From Candidatus Omnitrophota bacterium (GTDB taxonomy: Bacteria > Omnitrophota > Gorgyraeia > Zapsychrales > Zapsychraceae), in contig JAJDCA010000003.1 of assembly GCA_029261055.1 (NCBI GenBank), forward strand, positions 3,641 to 67,640: 64,000 bases of DNA, written 5' to 3'. The notes under the pieces are model-generated. The model had not been told where the DNA came from. It saw nothing but the letters and a program-made list of their open reading frames with translations, and searched no databases. Position numbers and translations under genes: made by a program. Positions 56,201 through 64,000 of this stretch are shown here, piece after piece. Position 1 is the stretch's first letter, and each line of letters begins with the position of its first letter.

Positions 56201-59200
56201 CAACGACTTCATCCGGAATATCAATTGGTATTATTTCTTCTTTTGACACAACATGCGTTCCCTGTTCATCATCAATTTTTATGCTTAAGTTAACCTTTAT
56301 TTCTACTGTTTCAGGTATTATTGAATATTCAAAATTTTGACCCAAGTCGTCATTCGATACAAACATCGCTATCAAATCACCCTCCGCATTTTCTGCATTA
56401 ATAGACCAAAGCCAATCTATGGCCTCGATGTTATCCACTTCTAAATCCCCGCTAAACTGTATTGTTTCACTATCAAAAAATTCATGGGTAAATAAAACGT
56501 CCTTGCTTGTACGAGTAGGACCGGATACTGCAGTATCTTCATCATCCAGTATCAGGACAATATGAGCCTCTGAATCTTCTGATTCTATTTTTGACGTTAC
56601 TGGATTTACAACATCATGCGACACACGTAAGGTAATATATACAGGCTCGGTAGGATCTTCAATATTTGTCGTTGCAAGTAAGTCGTGTGTTTTATTATCT
56701 ATGGGGGGGAAATATAATTTATCTGGAGTTGTTTTTAATAAAAGTTCTGCTTTTGAGGCAAAAACATTATCGCCTTTAATTAATGCCAACGTAAGTTCCA
56801 TTCCTTGTGGAAAATCATCACTCATTTGAAAATATGGCATTTGAGAATAAATTTCTATTTCATTACCCTCCGTCTTTTCCACAAAAAGCTTTACCTCGAA
56901 ACCTTCATCTAATTTTACCGGAGGTGTTCTTTTTGAAGGATCTACCGTGTCAAAAGTAACAACGTCGCCTCCAGATGAATATTTAAAACCGTTAACATCC
57001 GTTACAATTAGATTTATAAAAAAACGATTATAATCATCAAAGCTCCCAACAGGAAGAGTATAAATTGGATCTATTTCGGTAAGCGTAGTTGTAACTTTTA
57101 CATCATTTAAATCTGTCGATGTTATTCTCCATTCAAGAAGATCAACATCTAGGCCATCAATATCATTAAAAAATTGTACAGTTTGCGAATCTAAAACTTC
57201 ATAAGTAAAATCAATTAAATAATCTTCAGGATGACGGCATCCCTCCCCTCCGTTCAAAGACGTTCTAAATTTTGTTGGTACACTCAAAGTATTGCTTGCC
57301 GTAGAAGCCGGGCAGACATCAAAGGTATTATTTTGTACACCCAGTTCTCGTTTAACAATATCAATAGCCCGTTGATCAAATAAAATATCTCCATGCGGAT
57401 TGTCTGTTATTTGTGGTAAGGACGTAAAATTATCCCCCAACCCTCTTGTATAGTTCTGAACAAATATGTCATCCGACGGAAGGCTTGCCGGAGGAATATG
57501 TTTGTCTCCTTCTATGGCAATTACAAATTGATCCGCCTTTCCATTAAATTGGCTAACAGACTGAGGACTAAAAAGATTTTTCTGAATATCTCCATACGGA
57601 TACATTGCACGTGTTATATCTCCATATTTAGTGAATTTGGTTCCTATGGGAGCAAAACAAGATCTTGCGGTATTTGATCCACCTAATATTGGAGTTAATT
57701 CAATAGCTTTAAGTCCGCTGAATTCTCCTTCCTTTTCAAAACGCATGGCCTCGCGAAGGACAATAGCTCCATAGGAATGATCAATAACCGTAACGGAATC
57801 CCCCACCGGATTCTCTCGTTTAAACAGCCACCAATGATTAGCTAATTGCGATCCAAGAAGCTCAATTTTTTCAAGATAATCATACACAAAATAAACAATA
57901 TTGTATTCCTCCTTCAACTTATCATCGTTCAAGTAAAATGAAAAAATGTCTTTCGGAGAACGAGAATCAGCTCCGGGAATAAATAAAACCGTCGGTTTAC
58001 CGGCATCAAAACTCCCCAAAGAATAAATCCCAGGGGTTTCTGATATAGCCCCCCCTCCAACATCAAAAGGAATTTCACATGCACAACCGTCCCCTTCGTT
58101 CAGAGACGTTCTAAATTTCTCTTGTCCGCCCAAAGCACTGATGGTTGTAGACGCAGGGCAACCATCGCTATCTTCACCCCCATCAAGAAAAACTTCTATA
58201 TCAAACGTATTCGGTTCAACCACACCAAGCATTCTAATAGCGACATTTGTCACAGGATCATGAAAAACATCTCCCTTTTTCCATATAAAATCACCAGAAT
58301 TTCTTTTAGTAATAAGATGTGTGTCCCCTGTTGATATCCTCTCTCCAGCCATATATATGACAACTCCTTGATCTACCCCTGCCATATTATTGAAGGCTGT
58401 AGCTTTATTATATTCTACATAGATAGGCATGTTTGTACCACGGCCCAACTTTAAAATACTTGGTTTATCCTCTTGCATGGCTCTTAAAGGATAAAATGTG
58501 GTTACTCCTGCTCGTACTGCAGAACTATCCTCTTCCATAACAGCTTCTATACTTAAATCAAAAAATCCTGCTTTCTCTCGACGATACCCATTAAAATTAA
58601 GAACAAACCTATTTCCCATTGTGTCCCAAGGGTCAGCATAACTTTCGCTGCACCTGTCGGAATCATCACTAAAATCAACACAATTCCAAGAATTAGCATG
58701 ATCCCATTCAAATGTATGATGCCCCAATTCATGAGATAAAGTAGATGATTCCTCTTTATTATACGCCGTATTTACAATAATCACCTTGCTGTGACTTTTA
58801 ACAATGCTTTTATCGATATATTTTACCGACCCGCCAAGCGTATCAAGTTTTCTCAAACATGATCCATCCAAATGAATAAAAAATACAATAGCTGTATAAT
58901 CTTGAAAAATTATGTTATTGTCAGCCTTTTTAGTTACTTCTTTAACAAAGCTTTCAAAAATCTTAATTTCTTCAGCCCTATCACCACCACATAGTTGATT
59001 TGTAAACCCTGCGGTTATACCAAAACCATCTTCGCTGTAAGAATTATCTTTATTCATTTCGACTGTGTACCACCCAAAAATATCTGCCATCACAGAACTT
59101 ATTTTGCCATTTGAAATGGACGTATATAATTGATTCACATCGGAAACCATTTGATTTATTTCTGTATCTATAATGGGCTTTGACTGATCGTCCTGAAAAT

Positions 59201-62200
59201 TTACTTTAATAGCGGCAATTTTGATGTTTGAGGGAATGGAAGTGGAAGCTGAATTTATGACTTCGATACCGCTGCCTTGCGTGCTTACACGCCCCTTAAA
59301 AGCAATATGATGATCAATCCCAAAACCTCTTAGTTTAATCGTACTCCCTGAAATCACATTTGAGGGAAATCCCTGAGCCGGATAAAGAAAGAAGTGTGTT
59401 TTGTCTTTTGTTAATGAATAGAATACATCAGCCCTGCCTTCATTAAAATAATCTGCAATCGAAATCCCCAATACTCCTTCAACCTCCACTTCCTGTTCCA
59501 CACAACCCCTCACCTCTTCTGGCATTAAATTACGGACAGTCTTGGGAAGGATCAGCTCAAGCGCCTTTTCCGGGTTTTCCCGCATAGTTTTAATCAAAAG
59601 GGCTTTGCGTTTTCGAACAAAATCAAGAAGTCCACGATTGTCTCCCCGGCGTCTGGCATCAAAGATTTTTTGCGTGTTTTCTTCTAATGTGCCATTCGCC
59701 TCTGTCGCGCAGCCAAAACTATCTAGTGAGCCTTCATCCGTTTTTGGGGTGTCATCCACAATAGGTTTATCATCCTTTTCGTCGATACCTACCTTGACGG
59801 ATAGCGTATGGATATCTTTAGTTCCCCTTCGTCTGAGCTCTTGATAAGCGGTTAAAGTAACCGTATATTCTCCCGCTTCGGAAAATGTATGCGTGGGGTT
59901 TTCTTCATAACTTATATTGGTGTTTCCACCTAAAAAACCTCTTAAAATAGGAATGCCATATCCACCTAGACTTGTATTAGTTTGACTCTTGCGATCATCA
60001 CCAAAATTCCATGTAAAAGATTTAGCATTTAGAGATGAATTTTTAAACTTAACTTCAAACACCCCTTCCCGAATTTCGGTTACCTTATAATCAAAATCAG
60101 CTATGACGGCAGCCGGATCGAGGACTTCGATATAATCTGTTTTGATTTCCTGATCTGTATCTAAGGATAACGTGCTTCGTAAAAAAACTGTATATCTACC
60201 TGGTTCCGTATATGTGTGCATGGGGTTTTGTTCGATACTCTCCACCCCATTATTTTGATTCAAATCAAAATCCCATATCCATTGATCAGGATCGCCGATG
60301 GTTGTGTCGGTAAATTGAACCGTTAGAGGCGCGACTCCTTTTTTTATGGAAGAGTCAAAATTTGTAATAAATAGATTTGGTAAGGGGTTCTCATCATCAG
60401 CCGGTATAACGGTTATTGAATTACTGACACTAGGCCTAAAGAAATCCCCCGTAGTAGACTTTCCTCGAACTTCAAAGGTATACGTTTCACCTATTTCTAA
60501 ATTTAGGTTGTTGGCTGTTGCCAAATTAACTAGACCGACAGATGTCCAGCCTTGGATCTCTGTAAGGCCTACTGCTTTAAAATCAATTTTATTTGAAAAA
60601 ATTCGATACTGATATTCAATAATATCTGATTCAGGTTTATAGGGTGTCCAGGTAGCTTGGAGTTGTGTGAGTGAAGTGGTTGTTGGATTTATCGTGGTTA
60701 CCACAGGTATTGAATGGGTAAGAAGAACTAAACGTTCAAATGTTTTTATGACCTTTCCATCTGCTTTATTAATTTCTGCATAAAAAATATTTTCTCCAAT
60801 GCTCACTGTTCTTGTGTCCCAGGATAAAGAATAATTACGGTTTCCAGGAGTATCCGGGGCATTTTTCCCTACAGCATCGGATCCTAATAAAGCAGGATCA
60901 AGTATTTGGGTTCCGTTAAAAGGTTTTCTAAAAAACTTAACTGATGTAATATCTGCATTGTCTTGTACAGAAACTTTGAGGGTTACTTTACCGCTGATGT
61001 TCCTGTCTTCAGTGACTGGCGAAATTATGAGTTGCGCGCTATCCTTAATAGTTACCTCAACCTTCAGGCTTGTATCTGTTGACGGGCCTATTACGATATC
61101 CATACCAGAATCTTGTGTAGAAAAAGGCATATTTTCCAGAAAGTCAGCGTCATAAAAATCTTTTCTCGCATCATCAAAACTGTTGGGAGTCCCATCTAAA
61201 AGATACGTTTCAAACGGAGCTTTATTGTACATAATTAAAGCTCCAAAAGGTGGGTCATGGCTCCATTGGTCAAACTGGTATACATTTTTATCAAGACCTT
61301 TTGGTTGCCGAAATTCAACATAAAAATGTTCCCAGAATTTTGTCGTGTGTATCTTGAGTGCAAGTGATTTCTTTGCTAAATCTTCATAAGGATTTAACGT
61401 ATATTCATTTGATTTTTTCACATTAATTCTGTTTGTATCATCCAACCATCCGACAATATCTTTATTGGCAGCATGTGGATGAACTCTGCGACTCATAACA
61501 TCATAAAGGTTGGGTTCTTTTATGGAACAAGCTAACAAGGTATTTTCCGGAATAAAAACTTGATCGCCGCAGTCTAATCCCTGTGCATGATGAAATCCAA
61601 AATTATGCCCCATTTCATGTTCAGGAGCACCACCGGGTTCGCCTATTTCATTATATAAAAATTGTGTCTGTAGCCATGATATTGTGACATTAATGCTTTC
61701 ACCTGGATTAAGTAGAAGAGATCTCTTTCCAATTGTTCCAAACCCTGCCCAGTCGCAACCCAGATCATTTAACGGTGATATAATAATAATACGTTCATAT
61801 TGCTTAAAATTAATTGTTTCTTTTGATTTTTGCAAGACTGCTTCTAAGATGGTATCAGTATCGCAGGTCGCATTGATCGGCAATTTTTGCCAATCCACTA
61901 CTCTTCCGCTAAAAAATACTTTGCCAAACGAAACGTCCTGATAAAAAGAGTCGATTGAATCATTTTCGCCAAAAATACGGTTGTGCATTTGGTCTTTTGT
62001 AAAAGGTTCCTCTCTTTTGTCTTGAAAATTGGCAGGAATAACAATAGTTTTTTGCTCACCAAATATTTTGAAATCGGGTGTATTTAAAACAGATAACCCC
62101 ATGTTCTTCTCCGGAGTTTCCTGTGAAGGACGATTGAAATTCAATAATAAATGCGTATCAAAAAGAACCCCTGAAGCTTGAACAATGTTTCCTGAATGTA

Positions 62201-64000
62201 GCGGTCGATGAATGGGTGCTGCTGGATGCAATTGAATAGTCTGTTGGGTTGATATATTTAGTTTGTATTCCATCCAACTATTTCTATTATCAAAAGTATC
62301 AAATATTGTTACAGATAGAATCCCTTCCAGAGGGCCACTATCCTTTTCAATCCATTTCTCATTTAAAAATTGTCTAAAATTGATACGTTCTTCTTTTGTA
62401 AGTATTGAGGCTAGAATTTTAGAAATATCAGGGTTATTTTTGTTTAACTCTCCAATAGTTTTATCATCACCGATAAGAAGTTTCATCCGTCGTTCGGCAA
62501 TTTTGTTCATAAAATTCTCTAAAACAGTTTTTTCTCTTCCATTTGTCGTTTTATATTTTTCAAAAAACTTTCTTAAAACACCCGTAGCTTGACTAAAGGA
62601 AGAAAGGTCTGTATCAGGATTAAGTTCTAGAGTCACTATGATGGTGATAGGGTTGCTGCCTCTAATAAGTGTTTGTCTTTCTGGTGAGAATGTGAGACCG
62701 AGATCTAAATGATTTGGAATTTTGTCCAGAGCCACTTCAATAGTGCATCCTAAACAATTTACTCCGGAAGAGCTTCCATCTATTTGATATTCATATGTGT
62801 GTGTTGACAAATTATGCTTTACTTCTGATGAGTTAACCACTTGGCCACGGATATTTTTTAATTCTATGATAAGCCCTGTTAGGTCGACAAGGTCCTTAGT
62901 CAAATCATCACCGTTAAGAATAACATTGCCTTTAATAATGGAAGATGCATCATCTTTTTTTGGTGCATTCACTTTAACGGTTAGTGTATAGGTGTCGGAA
63001 TTGTCCTTACGTCCAAGTTCTTGATAAGCGGTTAAAGTAACCGTATATTCTCCCGCTTTGGAAAATGTATGCGTGGGGTTTTCTTCATAACTTATATTGG
63101 TGTTGCCACCTAAAAAACCTCTTAAAATAGGAATACCATATCCACCTAGACTTGTATTAGTTTGACTTTTGCGATCATCACCAAAATTCCATATGTAAGA
63201 TTTAGCATTTAAAGAAAGGTTATTAAATTTAACTTTGACCTCCCCTTCACGAACTTCAGTGGATGTGTAATCAAAATCAGCTGTTACATTTTCTTTATCA
63301 TCCGGTGTATCCGGATCCTTACCAATTGCGCGAAATGCACGTATGGTTTTTTTAGCTTTTCCCACAGCACTGTTATCATTGGTTACTGTAAGAGTGACAT
63401 CATAATTTCCCTTTTCAAAGGTATGTTCTGGAGAGGTTTTATGGCTGGATGTCCCATCCCCAAAATCCCATGCATAGATAGGATTTTTTAAAGTTGAGGT
63501 CTCGGTTAAATCAATGAAAGCAACTGTAAAAGGAGCTTGTCCACGTACTATTCTTTTTGTGTAATCATTTTCGTCTGTTTCGTCTCCCGGGATAGTGGTA
63601 AATGAAACTTCAGGGGCTTTATCGTTATCATCGCCTTTATCAATTAATATAGGGGACGTACATAAATCATCCTTCCCTCCATTTTGTCCAGAGCAGGTCC
63701 ATTTATATTCGGAGGAAGAGTCCCTAGAGTCAATAAAGGTACCGTTAGAACATCTATTTTTTAGAACACCACATTTACCGTCAACCGGTTTTGAAAGTTT
63801 GCAATCGGCATCTGATCCACTGTGTTTGCCGATGCATTTCCATCTGTCTTCCTTGAGAGAGTCGAGAGCAGGACGAAAGTCTCCTTCAGAGCAAGAATCA
63901 ATATTAGAACCACAGGTACCATTAACAGATATAGGGATTGAGCAGGAATCGGTCTTCCCCCCATTTTGTCCAGAGCAGGTCCATTTATATTCAGAGGAAG
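53226..64000 (-). CDS. >3590-aa giant multidomain protein, N-terminus beyond window edge: Cys-rich tandem modules, several PKD domains, M43-like metzincin motif HEMGHNFGFHH (~61586-61620), second HExxH motif HELGHH (~58699-58735), lipase-like DHSYG (~57761-57790), Ig/PKD-like C-terminal repeats
   Basis: The reading frame stays open from 63365 to 64000 with no stop. The track's MGKAKK start at 63365 is an internal GTG. PKD signatures (WNFGDD...NPTHTF..GEYTVTLTA) occur at least four times. Confidence 0.85.
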   Translation of the reverse strand, partial: SSEYKWTCSGQNGGKTDSCSIPISVNGTCGSNIDSCSEGDFRPALDSLKEDRWKCIGKHSGSDADCKLSKPVDGKCGVLKNRCSNGTFIDSRDSSSEYKWTCSGQNGGKDDLCTSPILIDKGDDNDKAPEVSFTTIPGDETDENDYTKRIVRGQAPFTVAFIDLTETSTLKNPIYAWDFGDGTSSHKTSPEHTFEKGNYDVTLTVTNDNSAVGKAKKTIRAFRAIGKDPDTPDDKENVTADFDYTSTEVREGEVKVKFNNLSLNAKSYIWNFGDDRKSQTNTSLGGYGIPILRGFLGGNTNISYEENPTHTFSKAGEYTVTLTAYQELGRKDNSDTYTLTVKVNAPKKDDASSIIKGNVILNGDDLTKDLVDLTGLIIELKNIRGQVVNSSEVKHNLSTHTYEYQIDGSSSGVNCLGCTIEVALDKIPNHLDLGLTFSPERQTLIRGSNPITIIVTLELNPDTDLSSFSQATGVLRKFFEKYKTTNGREKTVLENFMNKIAERRMKLLIGDDKTIGELNKNNPDISKILASILTKEERINFRQFLNEKWIEKDSGPLEGILSVTIFDTFDNRNSWMEYKLNISTQQTIQLHPAAPIHRPLHSGNIVQASGVLFDTHLLLNFNRPSQETPEKNMGLSVLNTPDFKIFGEQKTIVIPANFQDKREEPFTKDQMHNRIFGENDSIDSFYQDVSFGKVFFSGRVVDWQKLPINATCDTDTILEAVLQKSKETINFKQYERIIIISPLNDLGCDWAGFGTIGKRSLLLNPGESINVTISWLQTQFLYNEIGEPGGAPEHEMGHNFGFHHAQGLDCGDQVFIPENTLLACSIKEPNLYDVMSRRVHPHAANKDIVGWLDDTNRINVKKSNEYTLNPYEDLAKKSLALKIHTTKFWEHFYVEFRQPKGLDKNVYQFDQWSHDPPFGALIMYNKAPFETYLLDGTPNSFDDARKDFYDADFLENMPFSTQDSGMDIVIGPSTDTSLKVEVTIKDSAQLIISPVTEDRNISGKVTLKVSVQDNADITSVKFFRKPFNGTQILDPALLGSDAVGKNAPDTPGNRNYSLSWDTRTVSIGENIFYAEINKADGKVIKTFERLVLLTHSIPVVTTINPTTTSLTQLQATWTPYKPESDIIEYQYRIFSNKIDFKAVGLTEIQGWTSVGLVNLATANNLNLEIGETYTFEVRGKSTTGDFFRPSVSNSITVIPADDENPLPNLFITNFDSSIKKGVAPLTVQFTDTTIGDPDQWIWDFDLNQNNGVESIEQNPMHTYTEPGRYTVFLRSTLSLDTDQEIKTDYIEVLDPAAVIADFDYKVTEIREGVFEVKFKNSSLNAKSFTWNFGDDRKSQTNTSLGGYGIPILRGFLGGNTNISYEENPTHTFSEAGEYTVTLTAYQELRRRGTKDIHTLSVKVGIDEKDDKPIVDDTPKTDEGSLDSFGCATEANGTLEENTQKIFDARRRGDNRGLLDFVRKRKALLIKTMRENPEKALELILPKTVRNLMPEEVRGCVEQEVEVEGVLGISIADYFNEGRADVFYSLTKDKTHFFLYPAQGFPSNVISGSTIKLRGFGIDHHIAFKGRVSTQGSGIEVINSASTSIPSNIKIAAIKVNFQDDQSKPIIDTEINQMVSDVNQLYTSISNGKISSVMADIFGWYTVEMNKDNSYSEDGFGITAGFTNQLCGGDRAEEIKIFESFVKEVTKKADNNIIFQDYTAIVFFIHLDGSCLRKLDTLGGSVKYIDKSIVKSHSKVIIVNTAYNKEESSTLSHELGHHTFEWDHANSWNCVDFSDDSDRCSESYADPWDTMGNRFVLNFNGYRREKAGFFDLSIEAVMEEDSSAVRAGVTTFYPLRAMQEDKPSILKLGRGTNMPIYVEYNKATAFNNMAGVDQGVVIYMAGERISTGDTHLITKRNSGDFIWKKGDVFHDPVTNVAIRMLGVVEPNTFDIEVFLDGGEDSDGCPASTTISALGGQEKFRTSLNEGDGCACEIPFDVGGGAISETPGIYSLGSFDAGKPTVLFIPGADSRSPKDIFSFYLNDDKLKEEYNIVYFVYDYLEKIELLGSQLANHWWLFKRENPVGDSVTVIDHSYGAIVLREAMRFEKEGEFSGLKAIELTPILGGSNTARSCFAPIGTKFTKYGDITRAMYPYGDIQKNLFSPQSVSQFNGKADQFVIAIEGDKHIPPASLPSDDIFVQNYTRGLGDNFTSLPQITDNPHGDILFDQRAIDIVKRELGVQNNTFDVCPASTASNTLSVPTKFRTSLNGGEGCRHPEDYLIDFTYEVLDSQTVQFFNDIDGLDVDLLEWRITSTDLNDVKVTTTLTEIDPIYTLPVGSFDDYNRFFINLIVTDVNGFKYSSGGDVVTFDTVDPSKRTPPVKLDEGFEVKLFVEKTEGNEIEIYSQMPYFQMSDDFPQGMELTLALIKGDNVFASKAELLLKTTPDKLYFPPIDNKTHDLLATTNIEDPTEPVYITLRVSHDVVNPVTSKIESEDSEAHIVLILDDEDTAVSGPTRTSKDVLFTHEFFDSETIQFSGDLEVDNIEAIDWLWSINAENAEGDLIAMFVSNDDLGQNFEYSIIPETVEIKVNLSIKIDDEQGTHVVSKEEIIPIDIPDEVVDACPAPKGLIPSDGGKTGQGLLEYRFPDEKNNPGQVSFKVSHVDTTKIMRWEFGDGVTQPGGITATRFYDEADRYTVNVISKNLTVMASQEVFVNRGQNGKLVKNSSFTRQSLSPSQFRTAVTADGQTCPNSLPFDNTSDGSSVTTFIIDPNVPTAFFREQSTSGRTVTYEDVSTGQVTGREWKVIDTKGDTLDDNDTVIKRGNNAVFEHAFNDGSYRVELTVSNKFGGHTFFINVNFSRGLKVTPQNRLVSESDFFTVEDSPFLSTRRAEGFMSVQASSSAESAPIADFKYYQRSFDPQEKYYFQSTSVGGGMSSHVWKFRNLKTGTETVLDEGSTNHREFTFMEKGRIVSPATYEVTLTVKNNLGQDAITKTVEWPMMPYASSVWSVDKNIVAGQNSCTNCLKVNVMPLYNRDWFDAKIYFERGDSLGGWGPADPNDSFVKSGFLIDQPGNFRSYTYADSNPANKRVRVVMNNKMQNEHKRTFTIVQELALPKGLDNRDNDGPVIDPPECVDVNDCSSGQKCNNLGQCVEISPPGCAETNCFDVFNIDSVTLNKEFVAENETVMLSIIVTGTPGANLNGRVYWGDGEEDSFNNGPRNFLIGSDGTYTATATTHEYKQSNFTKGLAPYTENYNISVEVSGDDKTVKKDVPVSVNHAGNAAFSIASLSAPSRVNIGKEFEIKAEISTVKTVNLAGRLSWGDGAKDIAPFTISPGNNFQINKLKTYTLPLTDPKEYAIRVKVHDNNYTQEQSKTITVYPDFWIEDGNVEINNDILDGSWGLANLKATIRAFDTTQTLHGSIDYGDGTVETIESFTVSSRKSLSYSHPYDPVSVEENYTVTLKLINDQGLSITKTYPDVKVIPQSLLTIKNFEILCDNPDGLGTVACGSDITSGDDVVIKAVISSQDSAIVKVEAVVDWGQDRVFDILAEDVKTVRIRPGQSETIRISHKYFNFSSESTRYPIKIKFFQVEDILDEGEIFLEKERSITINPKH
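59839..60012. repeat. intragenic near-identical (~97%) 174-bp direct repeat, copy 1 (copy 2 at 63019-63192)
   Basis: Direct comparison of the two segments shows about 4 mismatches. Both encode the same PKD module (ADFDY..TE.REG...NPTHTFS.AGEYTVTLTAYQEL). Confidence 0.75.
63019..63192. repeat. intragenic near-identical 174-bp direct repeat, copy 2
   Basis: See copy 1. Weaker similarity extends about 45 bp further. Confidence 0.75.
63676..64000. repeat. ~280-bp tandem coding repeat (CCATTTTGTCCAGAGCAGGTCCATTTATATTC recurs at 63681 and 63961) encoding Cys-rich ~93-aa modules (…EYKWTCSGQNGG…C…C…)
   Basis: The DNA motif recurs exactly 280 bp apart. The translated modules share EYKWTCSGQNGGK.D.C. 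Confidence 0.55.

Noticed and set aside
63761-63964. Track ORF of 67 aa on the minus strand near the window end
   Set aside because: It is in a different frame from the giant gene, whose frame stays open through this region. It is an out-of-frame artefact.
63676-64000. Regularly spaced 280-bp repeats considered as CRISPR or other non-coding array
   Set aside because: The repeats are in-frame coding repeats inside the open giant-gene frame. Their period and length are wrong for CRISPR.

Overview
This is a 64-kb window from a low-GC bacterial genome. It is gene-dense, almost entirely coding, and most genes lie on the minus strand. No rRNA, tRNA, CRISPR or insertion-sequence signatures were seen. 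Ordinary housekeeping genes include the rpsO-pnp operon, ftsK, a rodZ-like gene, rimO, pgsA and pgpA. A riboflavin operon (ribBA-ribH-nusB-PHP-ribD-ribE) runs on into fabZ, speH and a CheY-like receiver. There is a three-subunit xanthine-dehydrogenase-family molybdoenzyme (FAD, 2Fe-2S and Mo subunits), with xdhC and a mocA-like gene nearby and nadC adjacent. Two-component proteins are unusually dense: six receiver-domain proteins plus two histidine kinases. Four items stand out. (1) A co-directional cluster encodes a TonB-dependent receptor, a family-5 periplasmic binding protein, a 35-aa Cys/Trp/Pro peptide ORF that is absent from the supplied ORF track but has a perfect ribosome-binding site, a radical-SAM/SPASM enzyme, and a Cache histidine kinase with an AraC-type response regulator. 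It looks like a candidate RiPP (modified-peptide) signalling locus. (2) A 1742-aa signal-peptide protein carries a complete phosphoglycerate-kinase domain in its middle. (3) A protein of more than 3590 aa runs off the window edge; it carries PKD domains, an M43-like metzincin HExxHxxGxxH motif, a second HExxH motif, a lipase-like HSYG motif, cysteine-rich tandem modules and a near-identical internal duplication. (4) A small protein has a type-IV-prepilin-like N-terminus fused to Myxococcus-type cysteine-rich repeats. Two toxin-antitoxin pairs (HigBA-like and VapBC-like), a perfect 34-bp palindromic operator in front of a DUF134 regulator, and a lipid-linked-glycosylation-like module (methyltransferase-GT2 fusion plus polytopic membrane proteins) are also present. 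All calls rest on motifs I recognise in the translated ORFs and on the sequence context; no database search was run.
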